Virus record (IMG/VR): IMGVR_UViG_3300037781_000006
Location: 1-64,000 of that record
DNA length: 64,000 nucleotides
Direction: 5' to 3' (one strand)
Source: a virus
Lineage: Duplodnaviria > Caudoviricetes
Part shown: positions 7,253 through 17,124 of the stretch, in pieces
How the letters are laid out: every line of letters starts with the position of its first letter
Numbering within the stretch: position 1 is the first letter of the stretch
The notes under the pieces: model-generated
Told to the model about the DNA's origin: nothing
The model's input: only the letters and a program-made list of their open reading frames with translations
Databases searched by the model: none
Translations under genes and position numbers: made by a program

Positions 7253-9796
7253 TCAAACAGTTCGCAGGAACCGCATGAGTTTCTCAGAGAACACTTTCAC
7301 TTCTCCCGGCTTCATCCCACGAACGTGGGCTTGCATCCGGTAGTCGTTGAAAAGGTCCAGTTTCTCGATCCTCTGACGAACCAGAGAAACAGCGTCGCTC
7401 TCAACGTGAGGACTCAGGGATTCACGGATCAGAACCTGAGTATCGGTCTTGGTGTACCGACAGTTCTTTGCCGTGTGAAGGATCGCCATGTCTTCCCAGA
7501 ACCTGTCTTTCTGCTTGGTTCGCAGATAGGGAAGACCGAAGAACTTCTGCACCTCTGGGAGTGCTCGAATCTCTTCCGGCAGCCCAGACTCTTTCTGCAA
7601 GAGGTAATGCAGACGCATTGTCTCGACCCGCTTGGGGTCTTCGAGGATCTTGCAGATCATCTGATGCAGCTTCTCTTCGTAGGTCGGGATCTTGTCGAAC
7701 TTCTTCGTCACACGCGATTTGTTGTGAATGACCACGAATCGAGGAGTGTTCTGATACACCCAAGCCATGAGCTTTCGATCAGGAAGATCCGAGCGATAGC
7801 CGGTCTTGATCTTGTGCTCTGTCAGAGTGATGTAGCAGGTCGGATTCTCCACTGCATTGTCCCAGTTACACCAGTCGTTCTCCGTAGGATCGTAGAGAGG
7901 ATAGGTGCTCGTAGGACGGGGCATGGAGGGCATGGACGACCTCACCTGCTTCTCTGGTTCATCGGCCTCATAGACCGTGTAACCAGCGTCCTCCAAGGCT
8001 TTGAGAGCCTTCTCGTAGTTCCCCTTTCGTTGGTGAACCACAAGAGCAGCCACAGGACGGTCATTCTGACTGTAGTAGGTGTCTCCGAACTCCGACCGAT
8101 GGAAGTTGTGATAGCTACTCACATTGGGGTAGTTCGAAGAGAACATGGCTTGGTACGAGAAGGTGGTTTCCTTCAAAGCACCAAGGGTCTTGGCCAGAAT
8201 GACAGTCTTGGTGAGCAGGACTTCTCCATACTCTTTGCCATCCTTCCGGAACCAGAGACGATCAGGATACCGACGATTCGGAGTTTTCAAGACTTTCTGT
8301 CTGTTGAGAGCCTCGATGATCGACTTCTGACGTTGAGAAACATCCCGGAACTTGCCAGCCCTACGGATGTTTTCTACGACCAGCCATTGATCTCCATCGG
8401 AGACACGAATGTCGTTGTCCTGACCAGTCGCATCGTCACAGATCTTCTTGGCGTCGATCAGTTCCTGCATGGACTTGGGGGTTTCGATCATCTTCACAGT
8501 CTTGAGGCTGTGACGAGAGGATCCCCGGTTCATGATGTAGTCCCGGTAGTGTTTGAACTCCGGAAACTTCTTGGCCCAGATGATGTACTTCATCTGATCG
8601 AACTTGTTGTCTCCCAAGAGACGTTCGATCTCTTTCGTGTTCTTGAGAACCAGAAGACAGATGCTGTTCCACATCGACTGATTCATCGTTGCAGGACACT
8701 GTTCCTGAGCAGCAGAGATCACAGGATGATGAGCATCTATGACTTTCTGAAGCTCACGACGATCACCAACCCGAACCCATGCTTCGATGAGATACTTGGG
8801 TTCTGCACCAGACTCACAGAGAGACTTGAAGCCCTCTTTCAGCATGGTTCGAGCACAGGGAACCAACATGGAACGGAAGTTTTCTTCCATGATTTCCAGT
8901 TGGTTACGGATGGTTTCCACCGTCTTTTCGTTCAGGTTCAGACCTTCACGGCTGGGAAGAGGCGACAGAGTGGAAGGTTTGAAGCCGATGTACATCGTAC
9001 CGAGGTGACGAGACATCTTGTGGACGAAGTTGAACTCCGACTCATAGGCTTCGTCAGCGACGATCTTGTAGCGAACTCCGCCGTAGACAGCGTAGAGTCC
9101 ACCACGATCATCATCGTTGACGATCCATTCACCGGGAGGCACTTCGTCAGCTTCGATGGTCTCTACCTCTTCATCAGCGTAATGGATATTCGCTTTGATT
9201 CCAGAGAGATAGAGAAGTTCCTTCACGTACTCATAGGCACGTTGCATGTCACTCTCAGACTTGAGAGGAATGGTGACAAGGAGTCCGGATTCGTCGGTGG
9301 GAACATCCTCAAAGATGATGGAACGTCCGGGTCCACCGTCGCTCTTGTCAGAGACACGATTCATCACGTACATACCCTTCGCTCCATTGTGGAACGAGGT
9401 CACAGTGAAGCTGTCCGTGTAGGCGTAGGGGGACTTGGAACCAAGACCGAAACCACCAGTGAGAGCATCGTTTTGGCGCTTCGTCGAGTTGCCATAGATG
9501 CAGTAGATCGGGTGGATCTCGCTCTTGTGAATGCCGGGGCCATAGTCTCGAATGATCAGGCCCGAGGTGTCGTTGATGTAGATGTCGATGGGTCGATCTT
9601 GGCAGTTGCCCATGCGGTGGGCATCCCAAGCGTTGAACATCGTCTCTTGGATCATGGTCCGCATTGGCTTCTGGTAGAGGCCAGTGGACAGCATGTTCAT
9701 CAGTACAGGGTCGTTCGTGACCCCGAATGCCTCAGTTTCGCCGCCTCCGATCAGAACATTCTTCTGCTCAAAGTCGCCGCCATTCAGGACTTGCAT
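7253..9796 (-). CDS. rIIA: rIIA-like protein (N4 gp33-like) with N-terminal GHKL ATPase domain
   Basis: NAWDAH, IRDYGPGI, GGFGLGSKS GHKL motifs; 847 aa; paired with rIIB. Confidence 0.87.
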   Translation of the reverse strand: MQVLNGGDFEQKNVLIGGGETEAFGVTNDPVLMNMLSTGLYQKPMRTMIQETMFNAWDAHRMGNCQDRPIDIYINDTSGLIIRDYGPGIHKSEIHPIYCIYGNSTKRQNDALTGGFGLGSKSPYAYTDSFTVTSFHNGAKGMYVMNRVSDKSDGGPGRSIIFEDVPTDESGLLVTIPLKSESDMQRAYEYVKELLYLSGIKANIHYADEEVETIEADEVPPGEWIVNDDDRGGLYAVYGGVRYKIVADEAYESEFNFVHKMSRHLGTMYIGFKPSTLSPLPSREGLNLNEKTVETIRNQLEIMEENFRSMLVPCARTMLKEGFKSLCESGAEPKYLIEAWVRVGDRRELQKVIDAHHPVISAAQEQCPATMNQSMWNSICLLVLKNTKEIERLLGDNKFDQMKYIIWAKKFPEFKHYRDYIMNRGSSRHSLKTVKMIETPKSMQELIDAKKICDDATGQDNDIRVSDGDQWLVVENIRRAGKFRDVSQRQKSIIEALNRQKVLKTPNRRYPDRLWFRKDGKEYGEVLLTKTVILAKTLGALKETTFSYQAMFSSNYPNVSSYHNFHRSEFGDTYYSQNDRPVAALVVHQRKGNYEKALKALEDAGYTVYEADEPEKQVRSSMPSMPRPTSTYPLYDPTENDWCNWDNAVENPTCYITLTEHKIKTGYRSDLPDRKLMAWVYQNTPRFVVIHNKSRVTKKFDKIPTYEEKLHQMICKILEDPKRVETMRLHYLLQKESGLPEEIRALPEVQKFFGLPYLRTKQKDRFWEDMAILHTAKNCRYTKTDTQVLIRESLSPHVESDAVSLVRQRIEKLDLFNDYRMQAHVRGMKPGEVKVFSEKLMRFLRTV

Positions 9797-9820
9797 GGCT
9801 GTATCTCCTTGGTTTGAATG

Positions 9821-9852
9821 AAAAAACCCCCTGCCGCACTACCAGCAGGGGG
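9821..9852 (-). terminator. Intrinsic terminator upstream of rIIA
   Basis: CCCCCTGC / GCAGGGGG 8-bp stem followed by T6 on the minus strand. Confidence 0.75.
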
Positions 9853-9966
9853 TCTCTATCCGGACATCTCAGGCTGCCCCGGTCTCACTTGGTCCACCAC
9901 ACCCCTGTCAGTGAAACAGGGCTATGATCTTCCTCACACGGGGGTCCGTCCAGCCTGAGAGCCGAA

Positions 9967-10389
9967 TCAGGGGTTGTCGATGTGATCGCGTTCGAGAGCT
10001 TCGTTCACGTCCACCCGAACGTCGATGTCCGGAATGAAGGTCTGGGGCTTCCAGACGATCTTGGTGTGGTACGTCGAGACATCAGCACCTTCGAGTTGGA
10101 TCATGAAGTACGTCATGTTGGCCGAGTCACCCAGTTGGTGACGTTTGAAGCCATCAGCGTCCTTGCACGTCACCCAGAAGCGGTTCGACTTGTCTTCGAT
10201 GGAACAGAAGCCAGTGAACGTGGCGACTTCGGTGTCCGTCCAGACGTTGTAGAACACGATGTTCCGAAGCAGCTTGAAGTTGTCAGCTTCGGTCGTGAGG
10301 TTCTGGTTGGCGATGGTTGCATCCTGCTGACAGGCAGCAGTGAAGAGAAGTGCAGCACCTGCCACACCAGCGAAAAGAAGACGTTTCAT
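9967..10389 (-). CDS. Phage lipoprotein (140 aa), function unknown
   Basis: Signal peptide MKRLLFAGVAGAALLFTAA|C with lipobox; NLTTEADNFKLLRNIVFYN resembles a widespread phage lipoprotein family. Confidence 0.75.
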   Translation of the reverse strand: MKRLLFAGVAGAALLFTAACQQDATIANQNLTTEADNFKLLRNIVFYNVWTDTEVATFTGFCSIEDKSNRFWVTCKDADGFKRHQLGDSANMTYFMIQLEGADVSTYHTKIVWKPQTFIPDIDVRVDVNEALERDHIDNP

Positions 10390-10400
10390 CCTCAGTCCTT

Positions 10401-10718
10401 TCAGATGTTTTCCTGAATCCAGAGACGGAGTTCAGTCTTGGTCATGGTTCCAGCGTGGATCTCACGGATCATACCGTCCGAGAACAACGCCACAGAAGGC
10501 ACAGAACGAATGCTCAGTTCGTTGGCAGTATTCTCTGCCTGTTCGATGTCCATCTCTGCGAAACGTACATCTCCGTCCATCGCTTGGGCCATCTCCTGAA
10601 CCACAGGCTTGAACCGCTTGCACGGTTGACACCACGAGCCGGTGAACATGATGACGATGGGATCGGTATTCTCACGGACTTCCGTGTGGAAGTCGGTGTC
10701 AGTGAGTGGTCGGAGCAT
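10401..10718 (-). CDS. trxA: Thioredoxin
   Basis: WCQPC active site; SIRSVPS cis-Pro motif; 105 aa. Confidence 0.92.
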   Translation of the reverse strand: MLRPLTDTDFHTEVRENTDPIVIMFTGSWCQPCKRFKPVVQEMAQAMDGDVRFAEMDIEQAENTANELSIRSVPSVALFSDGMIREIHAGTMTKTELRLWIQENI

Positions 10719-11247
10719 TGTTGGCCTCCTGAAGCTGCTGTTGGAAGTTCTTCCATTCGGTGACGATGGGCATCATGTCGGGGGCCACGTAGTTCGGGCC
10801 TTTCATGATCTTGCCATCTTCACGACGGATGGGCTGACCGTTCTCGTCGAGCTTGCTCATGTTGGAAGCATGAACCACTTCGAAGGCTGCAACGACGAGG
10901 GGCAGAGGGATCTGGAGCTTCTGGGTCACTTTCGAGACCACAGTCGCTGCTTCATCCAGAATGTCCTGAAGACGCTGGTTCATCTCAGCACTGATGAGTT
11001 CCGGAGCGTAGACCGGCATCGTGTTGTAGAAGCCAGCGACGACGTAGATCACGTCGGCCAGTTCCTTGAAGATGTCAGCCATGTTCTCATCACTGATCTC
11101 TTTCTTGCCATAGGCTTCGTCGAGTTCCTTGGTTTCCTCGACGATGAGCGTCTCAGCCCACCAGACGAAATCACGATTGGCATCCATCGCAGCGATGAAT
11201 TCCCGCTGGGTCTGGAAGAGCGCAGCAGGCAGTTGTTGGGTAAACAT
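10699..11247 (-). CDS. MazG-like NTP pyrophosphohydrolase (start reassigned to MFTQQ)
   Basis: EETKEL...KELADVIYV, VHASNMSK, DGKIMKGPNY motifs. Confidence 0.85.
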   Translation of the reverse strand: MFTQQLPAALFQTQREFIAAMDANRDFVWWAETLIVEETKELDEAYGKKEISDENMADIFKELADVIYVVAGFYNTMPVYAPELISAEMNQRLQDILDEAATVVSKVTQKLQIPLPLVVAAFEVVHASNMSKLDENGQPIRREDGKIMKGPNYVAPDMMPIVTEWKNFQQQLQEANNAPTTH

Positions 11248-11300
11248 TGGGGATCCTTTCCGGTTTGTGACAACCCACGAGAGACAAAGTGGTTTGTGTC

Positions 11301-11531
11301 TCATTTGGGCCGATTTATGAGCGACAACGCATCCCACTCATGAATCTTGCACAGAGTTCGAAACTGCTTCTTGGTGCCATACCAAGCGTAGTTCTTGTCT
11401 GTGGTCAGCTTCGTGCCAGAAAGGTGGAGATACCGCAAGGGGATGATCTGGGTATCGACTGCATAGTACAGATCGTGAGGCTGGATTCGATCCAGTCTGG
11501 TTACTGCTCGAATTGGACTGACTGGACCCAT
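11301..11531 (-). CDS. Hypothetical protein (76 aa)
   Basis: Co-directional ORF abutting the upstream stop codon. Confidence 0.55.
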   Translation of the reverse strand: MGPVSPIRAVTRLDRIQPHDLYYAVDTQIIPLRYLHLSGTKLTTDKNYAWYGTKKQFRTLCKIHEWDALSLINRPK

Positions 11532-13852
11532 TAGTACCTCATTTGAAAGGTTCGGGACTCAGAGGCAGACCATGTAGAATCATAGCCTCGACGGATGTTT
11601 TCCCGACTGTTCACGTTGAAGACTGTCTCCCAAGTGGTTCCACCATCAAGAGATTTCTGGAAGCTCATGGTACGAGGAGTCTGGTTTGCGAAGCTGTCTG
11701 CACGAGCAGATACGACGAATTCTTCGATACGTCGTGCAGTAGCAAAGTTCTGACCAACCCAGTGATTGGCACCAGTTGATACGGAAACACCCCAAGAGTT
11801 GTTTCCTGAGATTGTGTCATCGAATGCTTTGGTAGCTTCGAAACCAGAACGCTGATCTCCGGAAATGGCTTCTCCTGTGGTGGTGACATCTGCACCTCCA
11901 ACAGTTTCTCTCATCTCCAGTTCTGCAACATGCAGGTATGCAGAGTTGTCTCTGAAACCACCTTTCAAACGCCAGTGAGTGGCATCATCCTGAGAGATTG
12001 CAGACTCTGGTGCATTGAAGGTGCGAAGCTCATTCTGATCCCAGACAGGCTGGTTGTTGAAAGCCCACTTGGTATTCCAGAGCACGTTGTCATCGGAATA
12101 CTGAAGCAAGAAGTGGGATGGACTGTGAAAAAAGAAGCTATCATCCCGAGCACGCATCCGAATCTCAGCAATGGACTGAGGTGTTCCACCGAAGTCTTGT
12201 CCAGCCCATGTAGTTTCGTCCTGAGAGATTGGACTGTTATATTGGGCACTCCATTCAGTGGTAGAGAGTCCATCAAAGAGATGGGAGGCATCGAAACCAC
12301 TTCGCTGAGTTCCAAAGATGGTCTGTCCTGTGGTGCAGAGATCAGCCCCTCCGATAGAAGAAGCCATCTCCAGCATCTGGAGGCTCATGTACGAGTCATC
12401 GTAGGCATCTTGCATGAGGACACGCCAGTAGCGATGAGCGTCGTCAGGGCCTCCCGGAGCGGCTGCCAGCATGAGAGCTTGGATACCATCAGATGTAGGC
12501 ATGGAAAGTGTCACATCTGGTTCAGTACCAGAGGTCACTTGTTCTTTGTAGAATATCGCATGACCGATATCACCAGTTGAGAAAGCTGGGGCAGTCTTAG
12601 TCAGTCTTGTCCACCCAGCAGGGGTATCAGGCATAGCATCACCACCATCGGTAGCAGCGATGATGAAGAGAATGCAGTTGTCTTTGGTGGTCGTGACACC
12701 GGGAACAACCAGACTGTTGCTGATTGCTGTTGCAGCAGTTCCAAGAACATGGACTTCATCACAAGAAGGAATGGAGATCTGAGTGGCTGCAACCTCCAAA
12801 GTACCATTGTCGATGGTGTCAATGTAGGTACGTTTGGGGATGTGATTGCTGGAACGAGAAGATGCAATGAGCATCTCAGTATCGGTGCCTCCAGCATCTC
12901 GTCCTGTGTAGATGTTGCTGAATCCAAGAATGGATCGAATCTCATGAATAGTACCAGCAGCATCAGTGGTAACGACCATCAACTGAAGATCATTAACTTC
13001 AGGTTTGGGTACTGGATGGAGAACTTCCAGATGATTTCCCACAGCACTGGTGAAGTTGTTGTTCATAGTGGAGTAACTGGCCATAGGTTTTGAATATGGA
13101 TCTGTTGCTGCGGAGAAAGAACCAGAGGAACCGTTGGTAATGGTCCCTGCAAATGATCCATTGTTCACAGGTGTATTGATGTTTGCCAGAGTCTGATCAC
13201 CTCCAAACCAGATGTATGGAGTTGGAAGAGTGCTCAGATCTTTTGGTGCGAGAGTGTCTCGATCAATGAAGGCATCAATGCCATTGAATGTGGTAGGGGT
13301 ATCGAGCCAAAAGTCTGCGAAAAGACCTTGGTAGTCTTGGAAAGTGGTGCTGTTTCCGAAAAGTTCGATGTCTTCTCCGACAAAACGGATCTCAGTATCT
13401 GTATTGAATGCAGTGATCTCATTGCCTTTGTCATATTCGACTTCTTGGCCGTTGATCATGATTTCACGATCTCCAGACACACAGTCGAAAGAGACATAGA
13501 TGTGAGCAATACCTTCAAAGGGTACAGTTTCAAAGGTCTCGAATTGCCAGATGATATTCTCACCCGGTCCTTCGAAACGAATCTTCAGTCGATGGTTCTG
13601 AAGAATTTGGACATAGGTATCCAAGGAACCTACAGCAAACAGACAGTAGGTTCCTGTGTATGAAGGAAATGTGACAATCCAAGTCGAGAATTCGATCTTG
13701 GTTTGGCCAGTCAATCCGTGATCTGAAGAGGCAATCGAGTAGAAGTTTCCGCCAGAATCTCCATCGAACCATGTAAGAGAATACCCCCCCGGAGTCGGAG
13801 GGGCACCTGCGCCCATTGCTGCATAGGATACGGAAGCGAGAAGGCTCATCAT
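11531..13852 (-). CDS. Virion appendage/receptor-binding protein: LamG-like N-terminal region plus two C-terminal discoidin (F5/8C)-like repeats
   Basis: Beta-rich composition. Two homologous repeats YWRV..LEMAS..GGADLC..FDG..W.GQDF and HWRL..LEMRE..GGADV..FDD..WVGQNF. Confidence 0.6.
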   Translation of the reverse strand: MMSLLASVSYAAMGAGAPPTPGGYSLTWFDGDSGGNFYSIASSDHGLTGQTKIEFSTWIVTFPSYTGTYCLFAVGSLDTYVQILQNHRLKIRFEGPGENIIWQFETFETVPFEGIAHIYVSFDCVSGDREIMINGQEVEYDKGNEITAFNTDTEIRFVGEDIELFGNSTTFQDYQGLFADFWLDTPTTFNGIDAFIDRDTLAPKDLSTLPTPYIWFGGDQTLANINTPVNNGSFAGTITNGSSGSFSAATDPYSKPMASYSTMNNNFTSAVGNHLEVLHPVPKPEVNDLQLMVVTTDAAGTIHEIRSILGFSNIYTGRDAGGTDTEMLIASSRSSNHIPKRTYIDTIDNGTLEVAATQISIPSCDEVHVLGTAATAISNSLVVPGVTTTKDNCILFIIAATDGGDAMPDTPAGWTRLTKTAPAFSTGDIGHAIFYKEQVTSGTEPDVTLSMPTSDGIQALMLAAAPGGPDDAHRYWRVLMQDAYDDSYMSLQMLEMASSIGGADLCTTGQTIFGTQRSGFDASHLFDGLSTTEWSAQYNSPISQDETTWAGQDFGGTPQSIAEIRMRARDDSFFFHSPSHFLLQYSDDNVLWNTKWAFNNQPVWDQNELRTFNAPESAISQDDATHWRLKGGFRDNSAYLHVAELEMRETVGGADVTTTGEAISGDQRSGFEATKAFDDTISGNNSWGVSVSTGANHWVGQNFATARRIEEFVVSARADSFANQTPRTMSFQKSLDGGTTWETVFNVNSRENIRRGYDSTWSASESRTFQMRY

Positions 13853-15504
13853 GTGGTCAGGTTCCCGATCAGGTAGAACGTGTCAGCCACGTCTGTGTCT
13901 GGAATGAGAGTAGCAGAGCCGTACTGATCTGCAATGGTGAGATTGCCACCAGCACTGTGGATGGTCACTCCTGAACCAGCAACGAAGCTCACAGCCCCAG
14001 CACCAGTCTGAACGAAAGTACAGGGCTGTGGATCAGCAGGAGGGGAGTCCACAGTCACAGTGATTGCAGAAGCGTTGTTCATCTTCTTGACGACATTCCC
14101 GATCCAGTCATCATCGACAGTGCTGTACGTGGTTCCTGTCTCTTCTCCTTGGCTCATGCGGCTGCGATTGGCTTTCTCTTGGATATCCAAGAAGCGAGGA
14201 TCACCAACAGTCGCATTGGTATCCAGAGCGAATTCAGCACCAGAAAGACCAAGGATTTCAAGTTCTGCTGATTGTGCAGCAGCAGTGCTGGAGAAGATGT
14301 GAAGTTCCATACAGGAACCATTGAAGGGGCTACCAAGTCCGGGCCAATCACCCCAGTAGTATTTCTGGTTTGCATCGTAGCTGATTCCAGCACCACCATT
14401 GATGGTGACAAAACCATCATAGGAGTTGTTGAAATGCAGGTTCATGTTTCCGTTACGAACAGAGCCATCTTGAACAGCAGTCTGCCATGTACGGGCCACA
14501 TCAGAATTGATGTTCCAATCGGTATTGGGCCAGTCAGTGGCGTTACCACCATTGGCTCGAAGGTGAAGGTCTTGCCATTCCTGCCAAAGACCAAGGTTCA
14601 TGAAACCACCAGAATTGGTAGTACCATGAATGACCTTTAGAGTGCCTTCATCAATACGCTTGAAGGTACTGAGAACCAGAGGATACTCAGTTGCCCATGC
14701 AGCAGTGCTTTCGTCTTCTGTGGAGACAAGCCAGCCGTCTCCAACAGTGGTGCTGAAGTCAATTTGCCAGCAAGTGATACCAGCATTGTCGTCTTCTTCG
14801 AGAAGAGTGATGTTGGCTGCCAGAGTGGCAGTCATGTCGTCACTGCCCCACTGGTCATAGACCGTGATCAGACGAGTGTCTGCACCATAGGGACGAGTTC
14901 CTCGAACGACACCATCAGCATTGAAGTTCACGTCGGTCTGAGTGCCCGGATTGGCTGCGTCTTCGACTCGAATAGCAGGACCGACGTAGCTGGGGTTTCG
15001 AAGAATCATGCCACCACCCCAGACAGGAGTGATGTTGGTGAAGGTGGATGGACCCCATTTCGTGTAGGACACAGCATTCTGGAATGGATCTCGGTTGGTC
15101 CATTCACCGTTGTAAACTGCGAGAAGGTGGTTGTTTTCAGCAGCAGTGACAGCAGGAAGAGAAGCTCCACCACCACCAGACTGATCAACCCATTCGGTGT
15201 TGTAGTCGGTGCCATCGACCTTGGCCAATACCTGACCAGTGGTGCCTCCTACGGGGACACCTTGTCCGTCTGCACCATCAGCCCCCGGAGCACCGTCTTG
15301 TCCATCAGTAGGAGCGTCAATCCATTCCAGAGCATCTCCTGCTCCGTTTACCGCAGGAATTTGACCTGCTGTTCCCAGAGTTCCGGGAGTATCCGAAAGA
15401 CCAGTGAAGGCAGTTGCACCTCCACCAGAGCCGGGAGTGGTGTCCCCAGAGGGGAGTTCTTGTACTTGTCCGTCGATTACGACGAGAGGACGACGTTCAG
15501 CCAT
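13849..15504 (-). CDS. Fibre protein with collagen-like stretch (551 aa)
   Basis: GQDGAPGADGADGQG triplets, GGTTGQVLAK fibre motif, and a C-terminal domain typical of phage fibres. Confidence 0.65.
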   Translation of the reverse strand: MAERRPLVVIDGQVQELPSGDTTPGSGGGATAFTGLSDTPGTLGTAGQIPAVNGAGDALEWIDAPTDGQDGAPGADGADGQGVPVGGTTGQVLAKVDGTDYNTEWVDQSGGGGASLPAVTAAENNHLLAVYNGEWTNRDPFQNAVSYTKWGPSTFTNITPVWGGGMILRNPSYVGPAIRVEDAANPGTQTDVNFNADGVVRGTRPYGADTRLITVYDQWGSDDMTATLAANITLLEEDDNAGITCWQIDFSTTVGDGWLVSTEDESTAAWATEYPLVLSTFKRIDEGTLKVIHGTTNSGGFMNLGLWQEWQDLHLRANGGNATDWPNTDWNINSDVARTWQTAVQDGSVRNGNMNLHFNNSYDGFVTINGGAGISYDANQKYYWGDWPGLGSPFNGSCMELHIFSSTAAAQSAELEILGLSGAEFALDTNATVGDPRFLDIQEKANRSRMSQGEETGTTYSTVDDDWIGNVVKKMNNASAITVTVDSPPADPQPCTFVQTGAGAVSFVAGSGVTIHSAGGNLTIADQYGSATLIPDTDVADTFYLIGNLTT

Positions 15505-15519
15505 GGGGACACCTTTCGA

Positions 15520-16026
15520 TCAGACCAGCAGGATGGGATCCTGCGGTTGGAAGTTGATCACAGTCGAAGAGACTGCGAATCCAAGCCGCTGAACGATATT
15601 CCCGGTCGAAGAGGGGGCCACATGGTTCGAGAGACCCGGAGTGGTGGAGAGGAAGTGCATCCCCGGTGTGAGGCCCGTCACTTGGTTGTTCAGACCGCCC
15701 CAGTAGACAGTGGCGGTTTCGCCAGTCAGGAAGGCTGCAAGAACAAAACCATTGGCAGGAGCCACACCCGAAGAGGCATCTGCCTTCCGGACTTTGGCGA
15801 CGCCACCGTCATTGAAGACGTTGACGAAATCACCGGCTGCGAGAGCACCAAAGGCTTCAATGGCACTGGTTTCAGCGCCAATGCCAGTGGGCATCATGGT
15901 GGGGTCAAGACGGCCAGACAAGTCCAATGCAGGGATCTTGCTGGCCTGACCTGCACCACCCGTAGCAGTGGCTTCCACTTCGCGGAAACCTCCTGCTGCA
16001 TCGTGTTGTAGGAACTTATCGGGCAT
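15520..16026 (-). CDS. Virion structural protein (cement/head-fibre-like, 168 aa)
   Basis: GLTPGMHFLSTTPG...GNIVQRLGFAVS pattern seen in capsid-cement/fibre-base proteins. Confidence 0.5.
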   Translation of the reverse strand: MPDKFLQHDAAGGFREVEATATGGAGQASKIPALDLSGRLDPTMMPTGIGAETSAIEAFGALAAGDFVNVFNDGGVAKVRKADASSGVAPANGFVLAAFLTGETATVYWGGLNNQVTGLTPGMHFLSTTPGLSNHVAPSSTGNIVQRLGFAVSSTVINFQPQDPILLV

Positions 16027-16029
16027 CTG

Positions 16030-16533
16030 TTACACTCCTATGATGGGGTATGGATCGAGGTTGATCTGGGTAGCAGAAATTGCCCAGCCGATACGGCGAA
16101 TGGGGTTTCCGGCAGAAGGTACGGTCTGAGTTATCACACCGTTGGCTGAAATGAAAATGGGAGCATTGGGAGTCCAATTCCAACCACCTTCAGTTATGAG
16201 TCCGGAACGGACCACATTCACAGTATCACCGATGGGAGTCGCCATCCGAGTGACACCAGCATAGTTCGACAGGCTGTCTGCATCCATCTGAGTCAGGAGA
16301 CCATCATAACCCACAGCACGGTAGGCGTTGATGATCTCTTGGGCTGTGATGGCCACATCCAGAGTGCCAGTCGAAGCATTTTCGACGTTGTTGAAGCCAG
16401 TTCCGACATTCAGACGGAGAGGCTCACGCTGACTGAGAGTCAGGTTGAAGTTTTCGTCGATCCCGATCTCGTCATTCGCAATGACGATCTCATATCGAGG
16501 ACCGAAAACCGCAGTGAGGTTCACATCGCTCAT
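16030..16533 (-). CDS. Virion structural protein, paralogous C-terminus to 15520-16026
   Basis: PIFISANGVITQTVPS...IRRIGWAISATQI parallels ...STTPG..VAPS..IVQRLGFAVSSTVI. Confidence 0.5.
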   Translation of the reverse strand: MSDVNLTAVFGPRYEIVIANDEIGIDENFNLTLSQREPLRLNVGTGFNNVENASTGTLDVAITAQEIINAYRAVGYDGLLTQMDADSLSNYAGVTRMATPIGDTVNVVRSGLITEGGWNWTPNAPIFISANGVITQTVPSAGNPIRRIGWAISATQINLDPYPIIGV

Positions 16534-16859
16534 TGGGTCTGATCCTCCGTGCAGTCGATGATGAAGGTCTGAGACGAGACTCGACCCTCAACAGGACGGT
16601 CGAACTGGATGTCGCACTTGAGCTTGCGAACAGGCCAGAGAGCCGTTTGTTCCTTGGGGAGAGAGATGGTGAACTCACCAGCAGCAGCATCTGTGATGGT
16701 CACATCGAGGTCAGAGATGAGCTTGCGAGCGTAGCGGACCTGAGAAGCGATGGTCCAGCCGGTGATATCCACAGCCGAGCCATTGTTGTCAGGGTTGGTG
16801 AGAGTCATCGGGATGACGAAATCATCGCCCCGGACAAATTCGTATGTGACTTGGGCCAT
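16530..16859 (-). CDS. BppU-N-like adaptor of the appendage module (start reassigned to MAQVT)
   Basis: RGDDF...DITGWTIASQVR...ITDAAAGEFTISL...CDIQF pattern; SD AAGGA. Confidence 0.6.
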   Translation of the reverse strand: MAQVTYEFVRGDDFVIPMTLTNPDNNGSAVDITGWTIASQVRYARKLISDLDVTITDAAAGEFTISLPKEQTALWPVRKLKCDIQFDRPVEGRVSSQTFIIDCTEDQTQ

Positions 16860-16940
16860 GTCAGCATCCTTCGGTTTGAACTTGGTCTGTTTTGCTTTAC
16901 CAGAGTGAGGTTTGCATGACCATATCAAACTGAATGTCAA

Positions 16941-16968
16941 GAAAAACCCCCGCCCGAAGGCGAGGGTT
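16941..16968 (-). terminator. Intrinsic terminator ending the middle-gene unit before the appendage module
   Basis: ACCCTCGCC-TTCG-GGCGGGGGT-TTTT; UUCG tetraloop. Confidence 0.85.
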
Positions 16969-17010
16969 CATTTCGTACCGCTGGATCCGAAGATCTCAGG
17001 GAGATGTGGA

Positions 17011-17124
17011 TCACCTCCCTTCTTCGAACCAGCGGGAATAGAGTTTCTGGACCCATGACGGCTGGGGAAGGACGTTCCAGCCGATCACAAGACCGATCCC
17101 TACCCCTATGAGAAGTTCAAACAT
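17011..17124 (-). CDS. Small membrane protein (37 aa)
   Basis: MFELLIGVGIGLVIGWNVLPQP; 8-nt overlap with the upstream stop. Confidence 0.55.
   Translation of the reverse strand: MFELLIGVGIGLVIGWNVLPQPSWVQKLYSRWFEEGR

Noticed and set aside
16910-16939. Firm sigma70 promoter call from TTGACA after the terminator
   Set aside because: No canonical -10 at 16-18 nt spacing; kept only as a hypothesis in the findings.
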